Shown one piece after another: positions 45,791 to 54,835 of a DNA stretch of 64,000 nt. Source of the DNA: a virus (taxonomy: Duplodnaviria > Heunggongvirae > Uroviricota > Caudoviricetes); the IMG/VR virus record IMGVR_UViG_3300017992_000017, positions 33,418 through 97,417 of that record; one strand, 5' to 3'. The translations under genes and the position numbers were made by a program. Below the pieces are notes generated by a model. It was given only the letters and a program-made list of their open reading frames with translations. It was not told where the DNA came from and did no database searches. How positions within the stretch are numbered: the first letter of the stretch is position 1; every line of letters begins with the position of its first letter.

Positions 45791-45997
45791 TCACGCGTTT
45801 TCGACCGGTGCAGGGTGACAAAGTCCAGTTTGCAGTAGAGCCGCTCCCAGACGTCCCCAGGAGCCTTGGAGCTTCCAGATCATGTCCGAATCGATTAGGG
45901 ACTGCACCCCGGCGATCAACTCTTCCTCGGAGTCGATCTCCCCAGTCTCGTAAGCTAGGATGAAGTCAAGATCGGTGGTGGTAGGGTCCTGTGGCAT
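45791..45997 (-). CDS. hypothetical small acidic protein
   Basis: 68 aa. Confidence 0.3.
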   Translation of the reverse strand: MPQDPTTTDLDFILAYETGEIDSEEELIAGVQSLIDSDMIWKLQGSWGRLGAALLQTGLCHPAPVENA

Positions 45998-46120
45998 GGT
46001 TTGGTGTCCTGGGTTTCGTGAATTCTCGGATAGTTGAGGGTTGAAAACCGGCTCGCCCGAAGGCGAGCCGGGTATGGAGACTACCTACTCATTACGGACG
46101 AGGTACTGCTCCAGACTGTA

Positions 46121-47230
46121 CTATCGAGAGAAGTTCTGTCCGTGCCACTCGATCGTGACCAGGACGGAGCGGCTACCTACGGTTCCGTCGCACTGCTCGC
46201 ACTTGCCGTAATGGAGTCGCAGGTCGTGTTGAGCATCATCCGGGATCAGCGTCTGGAGCACCTGGAACCGCTCCCAAGCTTCCTTGTCGAGTGACTCCAG
46301 GTCCTCAACACCGAAGTCAAGATCCCCGTCACACCCGTACCCACACTCCTCGTCGCTGGCGTGGGGTATGTCGTCCGACTTCAACCGCTCGTACCGGGGG
46401 AAGTCGTCCAGAGGGGCGAACAGGTGATTCCGGAGGAGGTTTCTCGCCTCATCGGACGGGAGGAGACCGGCAGCGAGGCGTTCGATCTGGTCCGTGCTCC
46501 CGTGGTGCAGGACAAAGGTGTCGAGTGCTTTGGAGAAGGCTTCCTCCTGTTCTTCCTTGGCTTTCTCCTCAGCCTGTTCTCGCTCGTATTCCTCAATCCG
46601 TTTCTGCACGGCTTGCTGCTTCCGGTCCTCGTTTTCTTTCTCCAGATCCGCGAGCCACCCCTGCGCCTCCGGGGAGCTTGTGACCTCTTCGTCGGTCGGG
46701 AGTTCGTAGCCTACAGGCCAAAACGGTTTAAGCTGTTGGTATTCTCCACTACAGGTTCGCGGATGCTTCCCCGGGTCCAAGACCGTCCACGATCCGTTCT
46801 CCTCTAACCGCAGACCAAAGTATCGCTTCTCGTTTTCTCTGGTACGTCGCTCTCGCAGGACCTCCAAGTGACGCTCTCGCGACTCCGCTCTCTTCTCCTG
46901 TGCTCTCGCGGCTTTCTTGGCCTTCTCCTCTCGTTTTCTCTCGATACGGTGGTCGAGTGCCTTAGCCAACTCCTCGACTGTTGGCTCGACCAGCGAATAG
47001 TCATGGTACTCTTGACCGATCCGTTCGCTGCTGTAGTCTCCGTTGCCAAGTCCTGCGACCCGTGCCAGTTCCTCCCTCTGCTCTTCGGTTAGGTCTGCAA
47101 TCTGTTCCTCCGAGAGGTCCAGGGACTTCGGACCGCTCACGGCCTTACCGGCACGCACCGCAGCAGCAGGACTCACGTAAATAGGTACCAACATCGAAAT
47201 CCTCCCCAGGCCAAGCCTGTTTTCAGCCAC
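46121..47230 (-). CDS. hypothetical protein with charged coiled-coil segments and C-terminal Cys cluster
   Basis: 369 aa; EE/K-rich repeats; CGYGCDG...CEQCDG. Confidence 0.45.
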   Translation of the reverse strand: MAENRLGLGRISMLVPIYVSPAAAVRAGKAVSGPKSLDLSEEQIADLTEEQREELARVAGLGNGDYSSERIGQEYHDYSLVEPTVEELAKALDHRIERKREEKAKKAARAQEKRAESRERHLEVLRERRTRENEKRYFGLRLEENGSWTVLDPGKHPRTCSGEYQQLKPFWPVGYELPTDEEVTSSPEAQGWLADLEKENEDRKQQAVQKRIEEYEREQAEEKAKEEQEEAFSKALDTFVLHHGSTDQIERLAAGLLPSDEARNLLRNHLFAPLDDFPRYERLKSDDIPHASDEECGYGCDGDLDFGVEDLESLDKEAWERFQVLQTLIPDDAQHDLRLHYGKCEQCDGTVGSRSVLVTIEWHGQNFSR

Positions 47231-47293
47231 CCCAAGAGTGGCTTCTGGTATGTCACCGTCTACCCCCGGTGACTTGGGGTTAGTTGTTCTCTC

Positions 47294-47728
47294 TCACAAG
47301 GCATGCTCGATATCACCCGTCCGCGCCGCATCTTCCGAGTCGTACACCGGCAGCCAGGCGTACCTATCTACGTACGGGTGGTGATACTCCCGCCGCTCGA
47401 CTTCTTCTGCCTCGGTCAGGAGCACTTCCTTGACGATGTGTATGCCAGACGAGGTGGGTATGCTCGTCCAACCCATAATTTCGATGACCTCACCGACGCA
47501 GTTCCCTTGTTCGTCGTACACGTCGTCCCCCTGGATCTCAAACACCGTGTCCGCGAAGTCATCCCCGCAGGCATGTACTGCTTTGTGCGCGTCGTCGAGA
47601 TCATCAAAGACACTTCGTTCACCGTACGCTTCGTGGTCAATTACGATCGCCATAGCAAGTCTCCCTATTCCAATCTCCTCAGTCCAATGAAAGCGACCAG
47701 TCATCACCCACTGGGACGATCGTGGCAT
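47294..47728 (-). CDS. hypothetical protein
   Basis: 144 aa. Confidence 0.4.
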   Translation of the reverse strand: MPRSSQWVMTGRFHWTEEIGIGRLAMAIVIDHEAYGERSVFDDLDDAHKAVHACGDDFADTVFEIQGDDVYDEQGNCVGEVIEIMGWTSIPTSSGIHIVKEVLLTEAEEVERREYHHPYVDRYAWLPVYDSEDAARTGDIEHAL

Positions 47729-47936
47729 ATTTCAGTTCCCTTGCCTGCACCTCTCCCGGCTGGTTCCCCGTATAGACCAGGATCACGCGTCGACCTTCGC
47801 GAACGTAGTGATCGGCGTCTCCCAGTCGAACCAGAGGCACAAACCCGTTCTTCTGTAGAAACTCCCGGACGTGTTGTGCCGTGGGAAACGCGTCGTCAAC
47901 CTGTCGGACTAGGGTCGTGTTTGCGTAGAGGGACAT
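47679..47936 (-). CDS. hypothetical protein
   Basis: 85 aa. Confidence 0.3.
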   Translation of the reverse strand: MSLYANTTLVRQVDDAFPTAQHVREFLQKNGFVPLVRLGDADHYVREGRRVILVYTGNQPGEVQARELKYATIVPVGDDWSLSLD

Positions 47937-47938
47937 GG

Positions 47939-48142
47939 TCAGTTCTCCTGTTCTCTCCCGTACATTCCGATGGTATTCACGAGGTGTGCCTGCAAGGTCC
48001 TGGTTTCATCCTGATCGATCAGAAAGCACGCGAACTGGATCACGGCGGCGACAATCTCCTCCCCGGACGCCTCGTACTCATCCATCACCCCGCCAATGTC
48101 CTGCACGATGAGGTCGACTTTGGACTCGTTCTGCTCGGTCAT
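47939..48142 (-). CDS. hypothetical protein
   Basis: 67 aa. Confidence 0.3.
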   Translation of the reverse strand: MTEQNESKVDLIVQDIGGVMDEYEASGEEIVAAVIQFACFLIDQDETRTLQAHLVNTIGMYGREQEN

Positions 48143-48342
48143 GCGTCATCTCCGTGGTGTACTTCGTCGATCGCCTTCTGTAAGACACCCCGTATCTTGC
48201 GTGGATCTATCCCGTACCGAAGGAGCACCAGAGAGTCAGCGATTGCGTGGTACAACGTGTTCCGCTCACACCCGATACACCGACTTGTGGTCAGCATATC
48301 CACTTCGAGTCGATTACAGATCTCGCAAGGTTCGTGGTTCAT
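48139..48342 (-). CDS. hypothetical protein with CxxC..CxxC
   Basis: CEICN..CIGCER. Confidence 0.3.
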   Translation of the reverse strand: MNHEPCEICNRLEVDMLTTSRCIGCERNTLYHAIADSLVLLRYGIDPRKIRGVLQKAIDEVHHGDDA

Positions 48343-48636
48343 TCCTCATCTCCGTCAACCCGTTCCCAGTCTCCCAAAGGCCCCGGCTCGGTCGCGAATC
48401 CGAGTAGTGACCGCTCGCGAAACGGTCCCACGCGTTTTCCGGGGTTCGCCGCTCAGGTTGTACTAGTCACGCATGGCTCGTCCCTCCGTCTACGTAGCTT
48501 AGCAGGTGCCTGGACCCCCTGCCACGGTCTCTATTCGCTCTCTTTCAGCTTCGTTCTCTCATGGCGAATAATGCCAGCTATACCTAGAGAAAACCACTCG
48601 GATATCCCACGATAGGGACGGTTCGGCAGAGCAAGA

Positions 48637-48942
48637 TCAGGACGGATAGTAGGAGCATGAGTCACTCTCAACGCGGATCAGCTTGTAGACGTCGTACCAA
48701 GTCAGGTCGCAGTCGATGCAGACCATTCTCTGAGTCACGTATGGGGGGTTGAGGTCTAGAGACCCGCCCTCGATCTGATAGCTGTGGCAGACGGGACAGA
48801 AACCACCGTCCTTTTCAACGTATTCCTTCTCGAATTGATAACACATGGCTAGCCCTCCAGGTTGTACTGAATGGAAACGTGGTACCAGATCTCGCTGAAG
48901 TCGTCCCCGAAAGGATCGATCGCTTTGGGTACGGTTGGCCAC
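48637..48942 (-). CDS. hypothetical zinc-ribbon protein
   Basis: CPVCH ... CIDCD. Confidence 0.35.
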   Translation of the reverse strand: MANRTQSDRSFRGRLQRDLVPRFHSVQPGGLAMCYQFEKEYVEKDGGFCPVCHSYQIEGGSLDLNPPYVTQRMVCIDCDLTWYDVYKLIRVESDSCSYYPS

Positions 48943-49160
48943 TCCTCCAGACCGGCATCTTCCAGGAGTTGCTCTTCCAGGTCCTCCGTGTCCACACCCT
49001 CCTCGGCGATCTGTTCAAGGCAGTCCTCGATCGCGTCGGCCGGGTGATTGCCGATACCTGTTCTCACGTGGTCGAACAGGGTGCCGCTGGTCCCACACCC
49101 CTGGAAGTATTGGGAATGCTCTATCCCGTGGTCGATTACTTCAAACTCGGTCACTCGCAT
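48849..49160 (-). CDS. hypothetical acidic protein (start chosen downstream of repeat array)
   Basis: track ORF N-terminus runs through 29-bp repeats; internal Met at 49160 gives non-repetitive protein. Confidence 0.3.
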   Translation of the reverse strand: MRVTEFEVIDHGIEHSQYFQGCGTSGTLFDHVRTGIGNHPADAIEDCLEQIAEEGVDTEDLEEQLLEDAGLEEWPTVPKAIDPFGDDFSEIWYHVSIQYNLEG

Positions 49161-49296
49161 TCTGACGTGTACCCGTTCCCGTTCCCATTCTGACATGCAC
49201 CTGTTCCCGTTCCCATTCTGACATGCACCTGTTCCCGTTCCCATTCTGACATGCACCTGTTCCCGTTCCCATTCTGACATGCACCTGTTCCCGTTG
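49158..49296. repeat. ~4.5 tandem copies of 29-bp repeat CATTCTGACATGCACCTGTTCCCGTTCCC
   Basis: visible periodicity; related family recurs at 52931..53228. Confidence 0.8.
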
Positions 49297-49388
49297 GTTT
49301 CGTGTCCTGTACTCATTTTCTCATCCCTGGTATTGTACGGAGTCTAGTTTGAGAGTCAACCCTGTTTGTCGGAGATTCTCGAAATTTC

Positions 49389-49982
49389 TCAACAGTGGCG
49401 AAAGATATGCAACTGCCCACTCGGTCCCTGGAGACTGTAGTTGTCCCCGATGAAGATGTCCCGTGCGAATTTCTCATAGTCGATGTAGAACTGGAGGTAG
49501 TCGGGGACTTCGTAGCACTCGTCGAACAGGTATTCGGCGTAGTCTTGCTCCGAGTCCCATTCCCCGCAATACGCTTCCTCGAAACCCTCAACCGTGGCGT
49601 GGTCGATCCCCTCATGGTCGACATAGCACGCGTAGGCTTCCCCGTACTCAGCGATCTTGGCTGCGAGGTCGGCCACTTCCTCGATTCCCTGGTACTCGGC
49701 GATCTGCACCCCGCCGAACCCTTCGTAGTCGTGGATTGCCCACTCTTCGGAGCTTGGGACCTTCCCGTCCTTGCACTCCTCACACCCTGCACCCTCACAC
49801 TCCGGACAGTCCACAAGCACGTTCGGTTCCGGGGAGGATCGGAGGATGACCCGGATCTCCTCCATGATCTCCTCAGCGTCCCGGTCTGCATCGATCCAGG
49901 CACCGTGCAAGATCCCAGCATTGTAGCTGGCCAAGCAGGCGACATAGATTCTCGGGGTATCGTCGACTTGTGTGATGGTCAT
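49389..49982 (-). CDS. ardA: ArdA antirestriction protein (DNA mimic)
   Basis: YVACLASYNAGILHGAWIDAD, WAIHDYEGFGG, LQFYIDYEKFARD parallel Tn916 ArdA (YIANLGKYNEGELVGAWF, YAIHDYE, QNYIDYQAYGRD); highly acidic. Confidence 0.85.
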   Translation of the reverse strand: MTITQVDDTPRIYVACLASYNAGILHGAWIDADRDAEEIMEEIRVILRSSPEPNVLVDCPECEGAGCEECKDGKVPSSEEWAIHDYEGFGGVQIAEYQGIEEVADLAAKIAEYGEAYACYVDHEGIDHATVEGFEEAYCGEWDSEQDYAEYLFDECYEVPDYLQFYIDYEKFARDIFIGDNYSLQGPSGQLHIFRHC

Positions 49983-50015
49983 GCTCTCACTCTTGGGGTT
50001 GGAGTAGGCGGTGTA

Positions 50016-50783
50016 TCAACGACTGTACTCAATCTCAGCACTCTTGGCCAACTCCAGTTCGTCGGCGTCCAGGTGACCGGCCATTCCGTTTGTCTCCGGG
50101 TTGTCGCCGTAGAATCCCGAGCAAGAGTCGACATGCTCCCACTCCAGATGTCCACAACACTCGCACGGTTCACACTCCTCGACCACAAACCCGTAGACGT
50201 CTCCCCGAATGTACTGGTCGTAGGTCTCGATCTCGACTTGCAGATGCCTACGCGTACCCTCTCGGATGGTCACCTGTTCTCCGTTGTGGTCCTTGTATGT
50301 GGTATCCCAATCACCCGAACTGCCGATCAGCCAGTTCTGTTTCGCGTCGTCCAGGGATGCGTATATGTACCCGACCTGTCCAGAATCCCAAGGACACTGG
50401 AACGGACTCGTACTGATCGTGATCCCAGAATGGTCGAACAGGTAGACTGGCAGGATGACGTAGTATCGATCCAAAACGGCGTCGACCAGAGACCTTACGT
50501 GCTTGTCAACCTCCTGCCATGCCGTACCGTGGTCCCCGTCGTACTTGTCGATCAGCCTGTAGTAGCCGTCGTTCTGCCAGTACTCGATGATATATCCCAA
50601 CCGTGGGCATACCAGGACGGCTAGATACTCTTGGTACTCTTTCTGGGTCAGTATGGGTTGCTTGTCCCCCAGAGCGTATCGAGAATGCCAGGTTACAACC
50701 GTTCCCAGGTTGTCCCAGTCACGGGGGGTTTCGTGGGCCTCCTCGGCAATGATTCGGACTCGACGTTGTTTGGTGGCTGACAT
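50016..50783 (-). CDS. hypothetical protein
   Basis: 255 aa; CEPCECCGH cluster. Confidence 0.45.
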   Translation of the reverse strand: MSATKQRRVRIIAEEAHETPRDWDNLGTVVTWHSRYALGDKQPILTQKEYQEYLAVLVCPRLGYIIEYWQNDGYYRLIDKYDGDHGTAWQEVDKHVRSLVDAVLDRYYVILPVYLFDHSGITISTSPFQCPWDSGQVGYIYASLDDAKQNWLIGSSGDWDTTYKDHNGEQVTIREGTRRHLQVEIETYDQYIRGDVYGFVVEECEPCECCGHLEWEHVDSCSGFYGDNPETNGMAGHLDADELELAKSAEIEYSR

Positions 50784-50863
50784 CGGTTCTACTCCCTGTT
50801 CTCTTTCCTACAGTTGGGACACTTTCTAGAATTTCCAGGTCGTTGGAAACTCCTCTGTCCTGT

Positions 50864-51190
50864 TCATGCGATCCCCCATTCTGCCTTGTACTGCCGGAGC
50901 CGCTCGATGCACTTCGGATTACCACTCTCCAGGATCAGAAACGCGTACGAATTCTCCCAGGCCGTGAGTCTCTCGAACCGTCCCCAGCCGTACTCTTGCT
51001 CCCTGGACTCGGACCCGTTGCCGATACTGAACGCGTGAGGATTGGCCGAGGGAGAGAACTGGATCATCACCTCCCCGTTCTCAAAGGTGGTCTCCTGCCA
51101 TCGCCATCCCTTATTGGCGAACTTGGCCTGGAGAGCGGCAACTCTCGCGAAACCGGACATGGGGATCGGCCGTTTGCAGGCGGTGGACAT
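50864..51190 (-). CDS. hypothetical protein
   Basis: 108 aa. Confidence 0.4.
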   Translation of the reverse strand: MSTACKRPIPMSGFARVAALQAKFANKGWRWQETTFENGEVMIQFSPSANPHAFSIGNGSESREQEYGWGRFERLTAWENSYAFLILESGNPKCIERLRQYKAEWGIA

Positions 51191-51254
51191 TAGGTTCCCT
51201 TTCTAGGTATAGTTTGCACGCTGGACACTTTGGTTTCGGGAATTCTCAGAAGAG

Positions 51255-51587
51255 CTAGTTGAAGTCAGGTAGGTCTCCGTTGGCCAGGTAGCAGAGACAA
51301 TCCTGACAAGCTCGCTCCCCGTGGACAATTTCGTTGTTTTCGTTCACTCCATGCCACGGCTCAAAGTCCCCACCCAGAACGGAGCTACAGATATCACACC
51401 CCAACCGGGAAAAGAACGGCTCAGCATGTACCTCCCCAGACGACCAGAGATCTTCAAACTCTTCCGGGGTCGAGTCCGGTGCGTATTCTTCCCGGCAAGT
51501 CTCACACCCAGGACAGATACCCACCGACACGAATTCCAGTCCCTCCAGGTTCGATTCGACGGCTTCCACGTATTCGTCAACGGTCAT
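51255..51587 (-). CDS. hypothetical Cys-rich acidic protein
   Basis: ATG 51587 in context TGAGAAAGGGTACATCATG shared with gene 52209..52436. Confidence 0.4.
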   Translation of the reverse strand: MTVDEYVEAVESNLEGLEFVSVGICPGCETCREEYAPDSTPEEFEDLWSSGEVHAEPFFSRLGCDICSSVLGGDFEPWHGVNENNEIVHGERACQDCLCYLANGDLPDFN

Positions 51588-51600
51588 GATGTACCCTTTC

Positions 51601-51891
51601 TCACGCCGGGTTTCGTAGGTGATTGAGGTTCCGGGAGACTGTCCGACCGCTCCCACGCATGACGCTACAGAAGAGGTCCCTGTTCTCCTCGATCGTCTGG
51701 AGAGCACAAAGTACCCATCCCCGGCGAAGAGCTACCGGTACGCGTCGGAAGTCCTTTGGTCGGCACTCGCGCAACTGTTCTTGGACCGGCGACATGCAAT
51801 GCACCCGGCCGAGGATCTGACGTACGATCCCATAGTTGCTCCCGGTAAGCTCTTCCAGGGGACGTTCGGGGTTGATGTTGAGGTCTAGCAT
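51601..51891 (-). CDS. hypothetical protein
   Basis: 96 aa. Confidence 0.3.
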   Translation of the reverse strand: MLDLNINPERPLEELTGSNYGIVRQILGRVHCMSPVQEQLRECRPKDFRRVPVALRRGWVLCALQTIEENRDLFCSVMRGSGRTVSRNLNHLRNPA

Positions 51892-52208
51892 GGGCTCCCT
51901 TTGGTCATGCCACAGAAAATGTGACGTTGCTACACGAAAAGTGGCAAGCTCTTCAATGCGTCTCGGACCTGTTCTCCACGATCACAACAGGCCAAGAGAT
52001 GCACGGTTTGGGGATCTTGAGGTCTCGCGGCCAGAGATCGCCACGGTACGCTCCGACCCATGAGAGACGCAGCCCGACGCAGATAGACCCGGTGCCGGTG
52101 GGAGATAGGCTCGCCGTCATGCCTGGAGTAGTGATTGGCCATTTTAGATCCCTTTCCTATTCGAGAATCGATTCGATTTGCAGTACTTTGACGGACACGC
52201 TGTACCCT

Positions 52209-52436
52209 TTATCTGATACTGTTTCCGACTGCCAGAAACGCGCCGACCAGTTCCTGAGACGGATGGACAACGCGTGGCTCGACCAGGGGAAAGTCACGGT
52301 GGTGGTTCTCGATCGTATCTTGCCGGTACCGAAACGCGACTCTCCGATCCCCGGTCACAAGCTCCGTCACCCATGCACCCTGACGATATCCCACGTCAGA
52401 GAACACTTTGACGGCAAACAGGTCTTTCCGGATCAT
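52209..52436 (-). CDS. hypothetical protein
   Basis: 75 aa; identical upstream context TGAGAAAGGGTACATCATG. Confidence 0.35.
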   Translation of the reverse strand: MIRKDLFAVKVFSDVGYRQGAWVTELVTGDRRVAFRYRQDTIENHHRDFPLVEPRVVHPSQELVGAFLAVGNSIR

Positions 52437-52930
52437 GATGTACCCTTTCTCAGTCTCTCAAGTGAAGGTGTAGGCTGGGACGGCAAGGGACTCGAACCCT
52501 GTACCCGGTTGCAGTCGTGGAGATGAGCACTTTCCCCGGCGACTGCTTGTGCTCGCCGAATAGTCTCCCGTTAGACCCGTCCCGTGATGTAGGCGTGGGT
52601 AGGTGAGGCTGCGAACCTCAACTGCCATGGTCGTCCGGTACCTGGACTGACTGGCGTGTCCCGTCGAACCCTACCCGTGATGTATTATGGTGCCGGGGGA
52701 TCGAGCAAGCAGGCTATACCTCGCAAGTCCCGACTCCCCCGGACACCCTTGTTTGTGATCTTGTTCCCGCTCGCACCACCATAATACCAGTATCGCCAAA
52801 CAAGACAAGACCCCGACAGTGATTTTCCGAGAATCGCTATAATTGGCTGGTTTCGTGGGTATAGTTTCTAGAAAAGTTTTCACTGGACACTTTAGAAAAC
52901 GGGAATCATACCTGCCTTGCGCATAGTACC

Positions 52931-53228
52931 CAGTCTGACATGCACCCGTTCCCATACCTGTACCCGTTCCCTCATGCACCCACGGGCCTGTTCTCTCCTG
53001 CACCCACGCGAGGACCTGCACCCATGCACCCGTTCCCATACTTTCACTACGTAGGAAAACAAGGCATCCCAGTGAAATACCTGTTCCCGTTCCCATTCTG
53101 ACGTGTACCCGTTCCCGTTCCCGTTCCCGTTCCCATTCTGACGTGTACCCGTTCCCGTTCCCGTTCCCATTCTGACGTGTACCCGTTCCCGTTCCCGTTC
53201 CCATTCTGACGTGTACCCGTTCCCGTTT
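52931..53228. repeat. tandem repeats of CATTCTGAC(A/G)TG(C/T)ACCCGTTCCC(GTTCCC)n family (~29-35-bp units)
   Basis: four near-identical CATTCTGACGTGTACCCGTTCCCGTTCCCGTTCCC units at ~53095-53225 plus degenerate copies from 52931. Confidence 0.75.
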
Positions 53229-53235
53229 CCTGTGG

Positions 53236-53356
53236 CCAGACCGAGCTTCCAGAACCAGACCGAGCTTCCAGAACCAGACCGAGCTTCCAGAACCAGACCG
53301 AGCTTCCAGAACCAGACCGAGCTTCCAGAACCAGACCGAGCTTCCAGAACCAGACA
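53236..53356. repeat. ~6 tandem copies of 21-bp repeat CCAGAACCAGACCGAGCTTCC
   Basis: perfect tandem periodicity. Confidence 0.85.
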
Positions 53357-53440
53357 GAATCCTCCCAGAATCGATTCTCCCCCAGCGCATAGAAAACCCC
53401 CGGGGTATTGTCCGGGGGTTTCTAGGGGGTATCTTGACGC

Positions 53441-53875
53441 TTACATCGGGAACATTTCGCGGAGTCGCGCCACGGTCAGCGCTGCCGTTTCAAAATACGT
53501 TCCATCGTCACCGTGTTTTGCGGCCGCGCGCCAATAGATCGAATCGGCGGTTACAACCACCGTTGCGGCCGATACCGATTGCAGACAACCATCGGGCCAC
53601 CGGTGGTTGTCGGGTATTTGCACCCACTCCCTATCCGAGTCAATCAACTCGCTGGTTTCATCGTCCAGCGCGCCCGGTGTCAGGCCAATCGCCGAACCGT
53701 ATTCGACGGCCGAGTCAAACAATTCGACCGCATAGAATCCGTCATGCGCCCCCTTGAGTGTTTCCGCTTCGGCAACCAGCCGAAGCAACCACGCCACGTA
53801 GTCGGGTGTCAAGTCGACGGTTGCGTACTCGAAAGTGAAACCGTCCCCGTTAGTCAAACTGCAGGCTAATCGCAT
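53441..53875 (-). CDS. hypothetical protein
   Basis: GGAAGG SD before ATG 53875 (MRLACS...). Confidence 0.4.
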   Translation of the reverse strand: MRLACSLTNGDGFTFEYATVDLTPDYVAWLLRLVAEAETLKGAHDGFYAVELFDSAVEYGSAIGLTPGALDDETSELIDSDREWVQIPDNHRWPDGCLQSVSAATVVVTADSIYWRAAAKHGDDGTYFETAALTVARLREMFPM

Positions 53876-53947
53876 TGTTGGGCCTTCCGTTCTGCAATGG
53901 TCTTGATACAGGTTTCGACATTGCCGATCCCCCATGGCGTTTACTCT

Positions 53948-54835
53948 CTAGCTGCAAGGCCACGGGGCGATATGCAACAAACCGCCGCAATAGGGGCAAT
54001 GCCCGTTGCGGTCATCGTCTACCCAAACCACGCCCGCGCACGGTTCGGGCCGTTCGGGCAAGTCGATCGGCAAGCTACGCTGCGCCGGGTCGGGCCGTTC
54101 GGGGTAGTCGGGCCGTTCATCGGTTGCGGGGTAGTCTTCCAGCTCCGTGTATCCCTGGCCGCAGCACCCGTCGGGATACCAATTGCAACTATCGTCGGTG
54201 TCCCAATGCTTGCCGCAATCGTCGCAATAGATCGACGCATGGGCATTGTCGAAGATGCTCAGCCCCTCATAATCGGTCACATCAAACGCGACGGGATCGG
54301 TGTAGCCCCCACGAACATCGCAACCTCCGTGGATCTGCAGCAAGACGTGTGCCCCGTCATCGTCGCACCAATAGACGTACTGAATCGTCTGGCTGAGCAG
54401 GTCTTCGCCGTTGTACGTGTTCACGGTCACAGGGTCTCCCTCCCCGTAGATGCCCCCAGCGCCGTCCAGGGACTCCACAAATGCTTCTGCAGAGGGTAAC
54501 CACAGCTCCACGCCCTCGTGCTCAGCGAACTCCCTGTAGCGATCGTCGAGTTCTTCGTTGTACTCAAGTCGATCCTTAAGGAAATGGTATACGTTCACGG
54601 TGGCCAGTATGTCGGCCTCTTCCCCCCGGAGCCAGAACTCGAGCTGCCCCTCTGGCTGCGCCTCGAGGTCCACTCCCTGGTTTCGCTCCCAGTGGCGACC
54701 GTAGCCGTACCGGAAGCTGCCGTCGGGTTGCTGCTCGCCCCCGGAGTCCAGAATGCTCCGACCCGTGTTCTCTTGGAGCATTTCGGCCAGTTTGTCGGCG
54801 GTTGTATCGGTTGTGTCGGTTTGCGTTGCGGTCAT
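53948..54835 (-). CDS. hypothetical acidic, Cys-containing protein
   Basis: GGGAGA SD 8 nt before ATG 54835; CDDCGKHWDTDDSC...CPYCGG. Confidence 0.45.
   Translation of the reverse strand: MTATQTDTTDTTADKLAEMLQENTGRSILDSGGEQQPDGSFRYGYGRHWERNQGVDLEAQPEGQLEFWLRGEEADILATVNVYHFLKDRLEYNEELDDRYREFAEHEGVELWLPSAEAFVESLDGAGGIYGEGDPVTVNTYNGEDLLSQTIQYVYWCDDDGAHVLLQIHGGCDVRGGYTDPVAFDVTDYEGLSIFDNAHASIYCDDCGKHWDTDDSCNWYPDGCCGQGYTELEDYPATDERPDYPERPDPAQRSLPIDLPERPEPCAGVVWVDDDRNGHCPYCGGLLHIAPWPCS

Noticed and set aside
49395-50624. 409-aa plus-strand ORF antisense to ArdA and the downstream gene
   Set aside because: Val/Leu/Asp-rich antisense-frame composition with no motifs; ArdA on the opposite strand is unambiguous
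52480-52545. Full tRNA gene on the minus strand
   Set aside because: Only a T-arm/acceptor-like segment is recognisable; I could not find a matching 5' acceptor strand, D-arm or anticodon arm, so I report it only as a tRNA-like fragment
41163-53356. Possibility that the tandem repeat arrays are CRISPR arrays
   Set aside because: The units are contiguous (no unique spacers between repeats), several lie inside coding frames, and there are no cas genes; these are satellite-type tandem repeats, not CRISPR
52671-53390. 239-aa minus-strand ORF spanning the 29/35-bp and 21-bp repeat arrays
   Set aside because: Translation is pure repeat (GTGTG, ERERE runs); not coding
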